A stretch of DNA of 63,497 bases, the filler included, from Octopus bimaculoides (Eukaryota): the NCBI RefSeq assembly GCF_001194135.2. It is 6 parts of 6 records of this genome, joined end to end, with 100 filler letters (N's around TTAATTAATTAA, not from the genome) between each part and the next. Parts side by side here need not be neighbours in the genome. Positions count along the whole stretch, not along the records: positions 31,187 to 57,008 come from NC_068983.1; positions 57,109 to 59,080 come from NC_069002.1; positions 59,181 to 60,733 come from NW_026353581.1; positions 60,834 to 62,278 come from NW_026362777.1; positions 62,379 to 63,497 come from NW_026410161.1; 1 more part is not named here. One strand, written 5' to 3'. Positions 51,233-63,497 of the stretch are shown one piece after another. Made by a program: the position numbers and the translations under genes. Position 1 is the first letter of the stretch, and each line of letters opens with the position of its first letter. The notes under the pieces were generated by a model. The model worked only from the letters and a program-made list of their open reading frames with translations, was not told the origin of the DNA and did no database searches.

Positions 51233-51300
51233 CACATTGCCGAACAGTCAAAGTTCACTTGAAGCCATTTGTGGGGATTAAAGTTGAAGGATTCTGCATG
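51233..51300 (-). CDS. DDC: Aromatic L-amino-acid (DOPA) decarboxylase-like gene, exon with PLP-binding lysine
   Basis: Minus strand reads ctttctctttcag|CAT GCA GAA TCC TTC AAC TTT AAT CCC CAC AAA TGG...GCA ATG TG|gtgagt, giving [22 protein letters not shown](W). This matches the group II PLP decarboxylase motif (human [26 protein letters not shown]). 68 nt. Confidence 0.95.
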
Positions 51301-51824
51301 CTGAAAGAGAAAGATAATAACACAGCGTTTGGTAATCTCAGTGTCCAGACATTACAAACACGCATACGCATAGAAAATGAAAATACAGTCACACACCCAC
51401 ACACCCACACACCCACACACACACACATACACACACATACCCACACACATACACGCACACACACGTTAATATTTGTTTTCATGTCAAGTTATATTTAAAT
51501 ACGATCCAACACGATAATGCAGAATTACTCAATAATTTTTAGTATAGTAAATATAAAATTTTACAAGGATTAAAGCAAGAAATTCAAAACTTCGAAGTCA
51601 CTCTCAACATTTTTCCGCTGAAATTTATGTTCACACACTCACACACACACACAATTCCTAACTACCCTTGTGAGTAAAATCATGCATCAAAATGTCACCC
51701 AAAACATCTCATATGGCACTTTACATTTTGCCAAGAACTACGCTAAGAGCAATAGCGAGTAACGATAACAATATGAGCAAAAATTTTTAAAGAATATTTC
51801 TAAATGCAAGCCTCTCAACGGGAA

Positions 51825-51908
<84 letters not shown>

Positions 51909-52781
51909 TATAGCTAGAATTTCGTAGAAATATTGCTGATTTATAGACGAGTTCTCATCATTGCTATTATTTTCAAATATACCCAGTGGCACCAACGTAC
52001 GTAATTATTTCCTGTCAACCGTCCATTCAAAACCTCTAATCGTTCTGTAAATTGCTACTGTTCAATATATCAATAATCTGCTGCATAATATTTTCTGCCA
52101 TCAGCTATAAAACACAGTCACATTTCCGGCATTGCAAGTCAGGACTTAATTTTTCTATTTCCTGCCACTTTAGATGCGAGTGAGCAATAATCAATAATCA
52201 CAAACCGTCTTTTGATATAAACCACAAAGACCATCCTATATTTTATTGATACGATATGAGCAATGTTAATGTATTCCTGCCAGTATTTCTCAATAAAATT
52301 CCACCTCTGGAGAAAAGTATTTTCAATGATATTCCTAAAACATTTTCAATGATATTCCTAAAACAGAAAGACAGTAGCTCCCCTGGTTAATGTATCGTTC
52401 TTCCTGTTCCCTTCTTTTTCTCAAAGATTTATATTGTTACCACCAGGGGTAATATCTAAAAACAATAATTATTTAACTTCCATCAAATTTCTCGGTTCTA
52501 ATACAAAATGATGAAATGAATATTAAAAAAAAAAAAAGAAAACAAAGTTANNNNNNNNNNTGAATAAATTCCCCATTTGTATAATTCCTCTCATAATTAC
52601 TCTATTATTTACTCTCTTTTCTCCTTTGTGATTTTTTTTCTATCTCACTGTGCCTACCAGCAAACTTTGTGTGTGCATTTATCCTCCTCCACTTTATGTT
52701 AATTCTCTTTGAAGCTCTTTTACTCTCTCTCTCTCTCTCTCTCTCTCTCTACCTCACACTTTCTTGAACGTNNNNNNNNNN

Positions 52782-52822
<41 letters not shown>

Positions 52823-54698
52823 CTCACACTTTCTTGAACGTCACTGGAGAAATCAACACACACACACACACATACATATATATTAATCTGGAAGAAGTGG
52901 AAAAGTGCTGTAGCCTTTTAAAGCCATTCTTATAAGTTGTGAATGAATTCTGATGAATCGATATAAGAGTGTTCATGCATCATCTTCATATGTAAATCTT
53001 TGATCGGTGTGTATAGGTGAGGGTTTTTTTCATATAACCGTAGGGTACAGAATATCACTTCCACCCACCTGACATCGCCTCTGATTCTATGAAACAAGCA
53101 TTGAGTTTCAAAGTGATCTAAAATCTTCCCATCAAAGTTTCATGTAAATTTCAGCATCAGGCATCATTTTGATAAGGACAAACTTACTTTAATATACCCT
53201 TAATAAAATAATTTCAAAACTAATGGAAAGTTTTATTTTCCAGAGGAAATATGAATAGAAATAAGTTAAGACTTCAGCTTCGCTTCGTGCGTGACAGATT
53301 TCAAACAACTAAATTAATTGCTGATGGACACCATGTCATTGAATTCTATTTTGCCGCAATTTTTTTTATATAATTTGACGTTTGCCACGCCAACCGAATC
53401 AGACATTTTCACCAAACAACAATTAATATCACCCATGTTATTCCTCTAGTTCCAAATAGCTTTAAGATATTTCTCACTTTAAATTGACATATCTACAAAT
53501 CCTACTGGTCATGATTTCTATAAAACCTAGCTTCATGATAGAATTTGTACATGAGCGAGCAGGATGATGGACGCAAGCATCTACTACTTTTATGATCCCA
53601 GTCTACCCCACCCGACTCATGACAACACTTCCCAGTTACTGTCAATTTAAAACAAAAATCCTCTTTTTCTCATACATATATATACATACAAATAAATGTA
53701 ATATGTGTGTGTATATGTGTGTATGTGTGTGTGTGTGAGAGTGAGAGAGAGAAATATATTTCGGTCAATAATTAAATACCTTTATATATGATTATATATA
53801 AAGCGCATGAGTCAATTATATAGTAATGCATGCACATACAAATACAAACATTAAACTAGACAAGTATTCCACACACTCAATCATACATATGTGTGCGTGC
53901 GCATAGAAAGAGTTACCTACTATTATAAACCACACTGCAAATGTAATCAGGTGTTTACATTGAATATGCGCTATGCTTCGTATTACTATTCATTCAATAA
54001 TTTGCCATACTACTTTCAAATGATTAGTGATGCAAATTAGATTGTCTATTTCAATCGAATCCTGGCTCCAGTCTAACATAAAAAACAATAAGCTATCAAT
54101 CACCTATCCGTGGGCAGAAAATAGGAGACTTCGTTCTCCAGTGTTCCACCAAACGATAATGAAACTGGTGAGAACATCCTAATATTTTCGTCCTCATTTA
54201 GCGACAAGGCTAAGCGATTAGAAATTGTTAGTAGGTCTACAACGGATTATTGATTATAAAATATATACTATGTTGTGCATAATTAACACAAAAGATAGCA
54301 TTATCATATAGAATCCACGATCATCAAGTAAAATGCTAAACAGGTAAGATTTTACCCGATGATGGTGGATTGTATATTATAACGAATCTTTTATGACTAT
54401 ATTAAAGAAAATGTATCGAAACAGTTGTCGTGAATTGTAAACATATTTTGTTTTTATTTTTTAACCTACGCCAAACCAAAGAACCAGTTATGAATCGCAT
54501 CTACAGTTATAAATTTGGTTTGGTACTTTCAAATCCTAGAAGTTGTTTGATTTCACTGTGCATTATGTTTGATAATACCGAGTCATTTTAGCGCCCTACA
54601 GGTTGATGTGTCTTGATTNNNNNNNNNNTCTTTATTAAGCAATCTATCGTAGTGGCATCTCCAGACCTCTTTCTTTGCATCCTCATTTAATGCAAGCG

Positions 54699-54729
<31 letters not shown>

Positions 54730-56199
54730 ATGTATTACATACACACACACATTGTCGCATCACAAGCATTTGTCTCTCTGAATAAATCAACTGCTAACTT
54801 CAAACCACTTGCCCCCTATCTTATGTCTTGGATTCTATTAATGCATATCATTTCGTTACAACACATAAAATGACCCGATTACAACAGCGATAAAGTTTGA
54901 AATATCCCTGACAGCGATAACAGAAACTAATAAGTCTAAGAAAAGTCTCTTCTCCATATTGCAAATCTCTATCAATTTATATCTGATGGTTTTTTTCTCA
55001 CTTTCTTTCTAATTTCAAAGTAGATTTTGACGAACTACGACTTATTAAATTATAACAAAGTAAATACGTTAAAATGTCAGAAAACTATACAAATGGCATT
55101 GTATATACGTCGCCATCTTGCCGGTGGCTGACATTGATAGAACGATAAAGGAATCATAATAATTTAATTAAAATTATTATACAAAAATCGATTGCAATGA
55201 AATAAATGATTTTAAAATTTATGTAAAATATTCTGTGTAAATCAATGTTTTGAAGAAATGCGTCTATAAAATACTTAACTCCGTTTTGTAGTATTTATTT
55301 GCGTGTATTTGTGTGGTTTCATATTAAACTACAAGATGTATTCTACGTTCAACACCGGCAATGTTTCTTATATACTGTTACTGTTCTATATTTTCTTTTT
55401 TTTTTGTGGTGGTGAGGAGTTCGTTCGCATATTGTAATTAAGAAGTGATACAGGGTATATCGTCTTCGGGTACTTTGCTCGGTAGATCATCCATTTTTGA
55501 ATCTATTATCAAAGTATTTTAAAAATTTTTATTCAGCTTATGTTCAGTTTCAGCTCAGTTTTAGTTGACAAATCCTTTTTTAAGCTAAGCAACTCAATCA
55601 GACGATCTAACAAATGCTGACACTATCTTAAGAAAGAGATACGAGTTTGTTTTGTTTTGTTTTTTTCTTCACACATTTAAGAACAACAATTGCTTGACGT
55701 CATCATTTCCCGTCATCATTATGCTGTCGCGTTTCCTTTTGCTGAAAGATACACACCAGCATATAAAATTGACATAACCACTTCGTACGCTTATATTAAT
55801 ATGTTTTACTCCGTCTTCGAGGATTCAATGTTGTTCCTTAATTATCAAAGAATCGCCTTCATAAGTTGAAGACTTCTAACACATGAAGATAAGGTTTCGT
55901 TTTTATAGTTTTACGCACAGAAAATATAGTTACAGAAGGCTTTGCATCTCGCATTTCAAGTTTTAAAAAACTATTTCTCTATAAATAGGTCAATCATGTG
56001 GTGACGTGTTTATATGCGCCACAGGTGAAATATTTATTCATCTCTGTCATCTCGTATAGTTCATTCTTACATAATATATCTACCATGCCATCTATGATAA
56101 AAATATGTCTGTTATTTCATCCTTTTAGACTGCGGTCATGCTGGATCACCGCCTTTTTTTTTAGTTTTGTTGTGTTATGGCTGGAAGCTGGTCTATTAT

Positions 56200-56830
56200 T
56201 GAGTTTATAGCAGTTGATCTTCCTGAGTGTATCTTTGAATAGCTGACTGGTCCGGTATCGTCGTTAGGAATTTATCCACTGTTTCCTTCTTTAATGTTTT
56301 TATACTTCTGTAATCTTTAGCAAGGCGTAGAACAATTGAGAACCTTTTAATATTAGACTGCTACAATAGGATGCTTTGTTTGTGATTTCGAGGGTGGTAC
56401 ATTTAAAAACCTACAGTATCTATCAGCTCACGCATTAAAATTCTCTCTAATGTCGCCCATTGGAACATGTCCATCCAGGACTTTCCATACGCATATGATA
56501 GTATATATATCTCTCTTCAGCGTCCAAGAGAGCAGAGACGTAGAGCTTTCAGAAGTTCTCAGTAATTAAGGCTTTTAACCAAAGTTATGTTCTGATGAAC
56601 ATTCTTTGTAACCGTTCAATTTCTCCTGACACAGGATGAATGTGAAGGTTAAAGGTATGATCACTAATTTTATCTGCTCAGGAATAAGGTTTTCCATAGG
56701 GTCAGCATAACTATCGGTTCTCTTGCCACGATGATTTGTACGATCAACCTTATGAGATAACACCATTTTGAGCTCAGTTTGGCGACGTGGATGACGAAAG
56801 ATTCTTATTATCTGATATGTCATTACACAT
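56200..56830 (-). mobile_element. Decayed CR1/L2-group LINE 3' fragment
   Basis: Minus frames give REPIVMLTLWKTLFLSR and VKSLNY*ELLKALRLCSLGR*REIYTIICVWKVLDGHVP, matching the LNYWERLK-L-LYSLERRR-type post-RT motif. Confidence 0.75.
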
Positions 56831-57108
56831 ACTTTTAGTTCATAGTATCAAAAGAAGAGCCCCAAACGATAGACTCTACGCCGCTTCATCCGAGACTGGT
56901 GAGTGAGAGACAATGGAAGGTTTAGTCTTAAATTGAATATCTTATGATTGTAATTCAAAGGGAATCAGGGACGATGCAAAAAGAAGTTAGCGTGTAGAAG
57001 CAGGTGCANNNNNNNNNNNNNNNNNNNNNNNNNNNNNNNNNNNNNNNNNNNNTTAATTAATTAANNNNNNNNNNNNNNNNNNNNNNNNNNNNNNNNNNNN
57101 NNNNNNNN

Positions 57109-57143
<35 letters not shown>

Positions 57144-58801
57144 AGATCTTTATGCATGTGATATATATTTCTTTGCATGAGTATGTGTGTGTGTTGGTGT
57201 TTCTCTGTGTTACGTGTGTGTATGTGACATGCGCGCACGCGCACATACACTATCTATATAGTATGCGTTGCATTATGTCTATAGTGCATGTATGTATGTA
57301 TTGCGTCTGTAATATAAATCCCACATTTATTCCTTATTCTTTGTGATCTTCAAAGAGATCAGGGCTCCAGAAATCTGATTCCAGTGATTTGTAATTAGCA
57401 GCTACTGACATACGGAATATTCCTCTAACGGAAACTTTAAACACCGCACAAAGATAACATATGGCTTCACATGTAACGAGAAACTCTATAATGAGACCTG
57501 CTCGCAATAAAAAAATAAAAATGAAACAAAAACAAAAAGAAAATGTAACAACAACAACAAAAATCAATAAGNNNNNNNNNNNNNNNNNNNNNNNNNNNNN
57601 NNNNNNNNNNNNNNNNNNNNNNNNNNNNNNNNNNNNNNNNNNNNNNNNNNNNNNNNNNNNNNNNNNNNNNNNNNNNNNNNNNNNNNNNNNNNNNNNNNNN
57701 NNNNNNNNNNNNNNNNNNNNNNNNNNNNNNNNNNNNNNNNNNNNNNNNNNNNNNNNNNNNNNNNNNNNNNNNNNNNNNNNNNNNNNNNNNNNNNNNNNNN
57801 NNNNNNNNNNNNNNNNNNNNNNNNNNNNNNNNNNNNNNNNNNNNNNNNNNNNNNNNNNNNNNNNNNNNNNNNNNNNNNNNNNNNNNNNNNNNNNNNNNNN
57901 NNNNNNNNNNNNNNNNNNNNNNNNNNNNNNNNNNNNNNNNNNNNNNNNNNNNNNNNNNNNNNNNNNNNNNNNNNNNNNNNNNNNNNNNNNNNNNNNNNNN
58001 NNNNNNNNNNNNNNNNNNNNNNNNNNNNNNNNNNNNNNNNNGTCAGCGTCATTATTGAGATAAGCACTAATGTGCTTTAGCATGAATATCTTAACTCTGT
58101 GTGTGTGTGTGTGTGTAACAAACGTTTTGAGATAGTCTCCAGAATTCTTCAAATTGATCCATGCTGAATAAGCAAAACAGCTCAACAAACATCCTTTCTC
58201 ATTCCGCTTCCAAACTAAACACTCCCGTAATCTTGGTATGTTTGCTCCCAACAATTTCCCCCCCTCCCCACCTCGCCTTGTCACCATTTTCTATACATAT
58301 TTCGTTCTATTCCCCCCATATTATTACCCCTCTTTATTCCCAACATTATTTTAAACATTTGCTTTCGCATTTGACAACTTAACAATCATTCCTTTCGCCA
58401 AACACCTCACATTTATTTCGGTAACGCATCATTCTCTACAGATGCTATTTGCTGTCTTTCGTACTCCCGCAACAATTTCTCTGTCACTTCTATTTGCAGA
58501 ATATATTGCTATTAACCAACTGCTCTACTTACTGTGTGTACTTATCGCCTCAATTACACCTCTCGTCTTTAGAACATCTAATTCGCAGATGCTGGTGAAA
58601 TTTGTAGCAAAGCATTGTTTGCAAGTGCATTTTATCTGTTATCTCGGTGCACACTTAAATTGCACTTGCAGTAAAGACACCACCCAGTTTCTTGTGACGT
58701 ATCTCGTTCATTTCTGCATGCATTGCTTCCTCCATATAATATCGTACGTTCCTTTCCTTAGGCATGTATATTTTATTTTCACTTATTTAGGTCATATCAC
58801 T

Positions 58802-58955
58802 GGCATGGCTGTGTGTTTAAGAAGCTAACTTTTGCAACCACGTGGTTTTGGATTCAGTCCTACTGCGTGGTAACTCGGGAAAATTGTCTTCCACTATAGC
58901 CCCTGGCCGACCAATGCCTCTTGAGTGCAAATGGGATACAAAACTGAGTGAAAGC
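58802..58955 (+). mobile_element. SINE family B copy
   Basis: ggcatggctgtgtgtttaagaagct...caaccacgtggttttggattcagtcctactgcgtgg...tgtcttccactatagcccctggccgaccaatgcc aligns with 32605-32740. Confidence 0.8.
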
Positions 58956-59080
<125 letters not shown>

Positions 59081-59401
59081 NNNNNNNNNNNNNNNNNNNN
59101 NNNNNNNNNNNNNNNNNNNNNNNNTTAATTAATTAANNNNNNNNNNNNNNNNNNNNNNNNNNNNNNNNNNNNNNNNNNNNTCATTGCACATTTCGGATGG
59201 AAAGTTGTGTGCCATCTATTACTTTTTCATCCTGTTTTGTATATTTTCATGGGTCAACTATGAAAATTAGATTTGAATGGTTTCTGTTTTTTTTGGATGT
59301 GTATTGCTAATAATAATGACGGTGATGATAGCAATAATAACGGGACCCTGAGGAGATGGAGTATCCTATATGTTAACATATTTTATGATATGTATTAAAG
59401 T

Positions 59402-59437
<36 letters not shown>

Positions 59438-60004
59438 TTTTCTTGCAACTGTCTCACTATGAAGATGGCATCTGTGGTACTTCTGCCTGGAACGAAACCT
59501 GTCTTAAGTTATTCAGGCTATAGATATAGCTATATATATCTAATCCCTGACCAGATATACTCACTGTAATTGCAACATGTGACAATATCTCAATGAAAAA
59601 ACAATATCATCTTACCTAAAAAGAGGAAATGTTCAGCTGTCGATTTGTGTTTTTCTCTGGTGTTGCAATTCTGTTGCTTTTGTTCAGAAAATAAAAGAAA
59701 TAAGAAATTGCAATAGTTTATCTGAAATCTCTCTCAACTAAAATGTAACATATCTGAACCAATGAAATTAATAGATTTTATTTTTTCCTGGATATTATTT
59801 CTCAATTATGATTCACCACTTTATATATGCACACACCCAAACACAACATGTATGTATGTATATTTGAGGATGTCATTGGGTTTCCCACTGTAATAAAATT
59901 TCATTCAACAACAATAACTTGACAAACCAGTTCATTGATATTTCAAAAAAGATATACATGGCAGCTATCTAGAGCAACTATGCAACATTCTATGCGAATA
60001 TTAT

Positions 60005-60680
60005 CAAGATGGCTGCAACACTGTGCAAGAGAGTGGCTGGTTGGATTCTCACAACATTCGGAACCAGGAGAAACGATGCCATGCTCCACCTATGAAGAAC
60101 ATCACTTCTGAAATTGCCTGGATTACTGCACCCAACTGTGGGCACCACAGAGCTTCAAACTAACAGCAAACCAATATCACTAAACAAAGACGATTGACTT
60201 GGTACAACAGGTGAGCTACTGGGAGAAGACTTAAGAACTGAAGCACTCCTCTCAAGAGAGCCACGAAATATCTGTAGTGATATACATACAGAAGATCCTA
60301 GAACGTCTAGCTTCCAACTAAAGACTTGAAAATTATATCAACAACCAAACTTGATGGCACTGCATGGTACCAAACATCACATATACTTCGGCTAGAATAA
60401 GGACCAAATACCATAACATCTTGGGTTTCAAGGGTCCACAACTCTTCAACATTCTAAAAAAACATCCTCAGAGATCTGCCTGATGTAGATGTGAAGATTT
60501 GAATGAATGTTGACAAATTTTTATCTGAGACACAAAATGAACCAGCATCACCAAAGGATGCATGAAGAAGAGCAGCTCTATCCCACTCGTTCCTTCACTA
60601 GAAATGGTGCAGCAAAGATCCCCAATCACACTAAAATGCAGTGGCCCAGAAAGGTCTTGGTCACTGGCTAAAACAAGCAC
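60005..60680 (+). mobile_element. Decayed CR1/L2-group LINE 3' end
   Basis: Frames give KRVAGWILTTFGTRRNDAMLHL, LDYCTQLWAP, YIQKILERLASN, LGFKGPQLFNIL and LRDLPDVDVK...DKFLSETQNEP. Confidence 0.8.
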
Positions 60681-61762
60681 AGGATAGATAAAAGATATGA
60701 CATAAATGTATGTCGGTATGTATATGCTTGTGTNNNNNNNNNNNNNNNNNNNNNNNNNNNNNNNNNNNNNNNNNNNNTTAATTAATTAANNNNNNNNNNN
60801 NNNNNNNNNNNNNNNNNNNNNNNNNNNNNNNNNTGAAAATACGACTGTCAAAAACAGTAGCCGATTTATTTCGGGTAAAAAGAAGAGAAATCTACGAAAA
60901 TGACAAGTGCAAAATGTCAACACGAATAGGTGGCGAGTAGGAAGTAGTTCCTCTTGATTATCTTGGAGTATCTTCCTCGAAACCTTGGGTGACACTAACG
61001 TATGAAAAGTTAAGTGCACTCTCCTAGTTTGTTGTCTTTTGTTTCGAGTCACCGAGTCAAAATAGGTTCATTTAGCCTCATCAGACTCGTTTATTCATAT
61101 TTTATAAACACAATGGAGGACAATGATTTCCTTCTCCCTTCAACTGTGTACATTAAGAATTCGCTGTGGGCATTGTTCGAGAACATTCTTAAACAAATCC
61201 TTTTAACCGAGTCCAACACAACTTTCTTCACAAAAGACCACACATACACTATACTAGAACCCGGGAGAACACAGATTAAGACAACTTAGACCCCACATGC
61301 ATACATTTAACACTAGGTCAAAAGCTAAAACAGCTAAACAATAATGTGCCATATTACCCTCCTCTAATTTCTAAAAATATAGATATCACTACCCTTGAGC
61401 AAACAAAAAAAAAAAGCGGTTGAGGTTCTATTCTATGGGATACACCCACTTCTCACAAAACTTTAAGAGCTTATCTAAATCCTTTTTGAATATACTTGAC
61501 TCCAACTTCCTTCGTCAACATAAATATTAAAAGCTATCCTATTCTTCCCTGCCCAAATTTGAGTCTATCATAAAAACCTCTAAAACATTTGTTTATTTGT
61601 TTATCGCCTATATCTTATGAGCATAGTATGCTTGCATATGTATGCCCCGGGTTAACATAGGTAATTTATACCGGTAGTAAAAAGGGATATTTCTATCCAT
61701 TAGACGGTTATTCCAACCGCTAACTCTAATAACCTATATATATAAATAAATAAATAAGTAAG

Positions 61763-61834
<72 letters not shown>

Positions 61835-62013
61835 CAAGAAGGGTATTGGATTCAACCAAACCCAAAGATACAGGTTATACCGAGTAAGTGCTGTATACCG
61901 GCTAGTTTTGCCCCATTCGTTGTATAAACAAGTGTGGGGATTATAACATAGGTCGTGTATTAGCGTGTGTATGTATAAAGAGAGAACAGTTAGCAGTATA
62001 TTTTATGGATAAA

Positions 62014-62046
62014 GTCTTACAGCTGTTTCAGGGAAACATCGGAGAC
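62014..62046 (-). other. Second copy of the hammerhead-bearing motif with stem II deleted
   Basis: Minus strand GTCT CCGATG tttccct GAA ACAGCTGT A AGAC has the same stem I, 5' core and palindromic helix III as 30975-31022. Confidence 0.7.
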
Positions 62047-62220
62047 AGAAATAGTAGAGGAACGGATTATTACATCTATAAGAGGAGAGTTGTAGCAGGA
62101 AGTGAGAGTGATGCGCTGAAAAAAGAAAGAAGAAACAGTACTTGGAGTGTAGCTTCCTTCCAGTGGTAAACATCCATGTGAATAATCCTTGTGGTTATTT
62201 TCCGGAGATAATTGTAGTAG

Positions 62221-62278
62221 CGAAGGTGGATATAGCAAAGGTGGATATAGCAAAGGTGGATATAGCAAAGGTGGATAT
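62221..62278. repeat. 15-bp tandem repeat (agcaaaggtggatat)n running into a gap
   Basis: Four copies are visible. Confidence 0.9.
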
Positions 62279-63497
62279 NNNNNNNNNNNNNNNNNNNNNN
62301 NNNNNNNNNNNNNNNNNNNNNNTTAATTAATTAANNNNNNNNNNNNNNNNNNNNNNNNNNNNNNNNNNNNNNNNNNNNATATATATATATATATATACAT
62401 GTATGTATGTATGTATGTATGTATGTCCTTGGCTCTTTCTTTCCGTGTATTAATTTCTTCCTTGTATATCTATGAGAAAAGGCGAGTGCAAGAATATGAA
62501 ACACAGAATTGGATCATGATATCAGTCCGGGCGTTGCTCGAGTGTTATTAGATGAATGGTGTGGATGAATGACATTAATTTTATGTAACATTTAAATCGA
62601 GTAACATATACGTTCTATCATGCAGGAGAAAATTATTAGAATGATTAAAAAAATGAAAATTATACTATTCTTACTTCTATGAGGAATTTAAAGATTTGTG
62701 CAAATATTAATAAAAATATAAGGTGTCTTTTACTTTATTCATACTTATTCAGAAAAAAATGGTTGTAATCAATAATAACGAGTTATCTCCCTGCGTATAC
62801 ATGTGTGTGTGTGTGCGTGTGCATGTGGTTGTTTTAAAGAAAGAATAACGTAAAAGAATACAGAATTTTTTTTTTCTTTTAAATGATGGTGGACCGGATT
62901 GTGTCAAAGTGTAAAGGGTTAAAGGTATTTGTTAATGCCTATGACTTGATTACTAAGAATCTCAGGAAAGTCATGATAGAATTGGCAAACATTATATGAT
63001 GATAAGAAATGTGAACGGACTCACTGACTTTGCTGTAAACATTTACTGTAAATACGTTGATGATATTTTAGAGAAAACAATCACTTCTGTACAGATTATT
63101 TAATGGCAGTTTTGTATAGGTGGGTGTGTGTGTTTGTGCATGTGACTGTGTGTTTGTCGATTTGTATTTGTGTATGACATGTATGTATGCACCTATATGC
63201 GTACGTACGTACCTGAATCTACCAGAGAAGCAACATTAAAAGTTAAAATACCATGTAATTTTCTGTTGAAACTGACCTTGCTATTTCCAGGCATAAAAAA
63301 ACGTGAAACTGTGAGTAACAGCGTTTTGTTATATTTCTGCTGCTTTTAAATAAAGCATATTACTCTACCTCTGGGGTTTGAGTACTCTATGATCCAGCTT
63401 GCTGCACATTTATGTGCTTAAGTCTAGTCAGAATAGAGGCAGCTGAAGAAGGATTAATTCCAAGTGACTATCTGTTTTCCTATGTGTTCGTTCCGTG

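Overview
AT-rich, microsatellite-dense, gapped animal genomic DNA. It is most likely octopus or another coleoid cephalopod, inferred from the SINE families and repeat landscape and not checked by a database search. The one clear gene is the 3' part of an aromatic L-amino-acid (DOPA) decarboxylase-like gene on the minus strand. Five spliced exons (51300-51233, 50632-50542, 50111-50013, 44714-44613, 40340-40125) have GT-AG boundaries and join in frame to 191 aa plus stop. They include the PLP-lysine motif NPHKW, the catalytic-loop Tyr (DPVYLKH) and [10 protein letters not shown]. The upstream exons were not found in the window. The rest is repeats: several tRNA-derived SINE families, decayed CR1/L2-, Tx1/L1- and R4/Dong-type LINE 3' ends, a mariner-type MITE, several fold-back elements and many microsatellites. 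The most notable observations are a minimal hammerhead-ribozyme motif of the Penelope type (30975-31022), three head-to-tail R4/Dong 3' ends stacked in (TAA)n just downstream of the decarboxylase stop codon, and a 315-bp tandem unit carrying a tRNA-like sequence with its own Pol III terminator. Almost all ORFs in the supplied track are microsatellite or N-gap artefacts. The five TTAATTAATTAA 12-mers between N runs are assembly linkers. I found no evidence of a multi-gene novel system. Repeat boundaries and identities are by-eye estimates.
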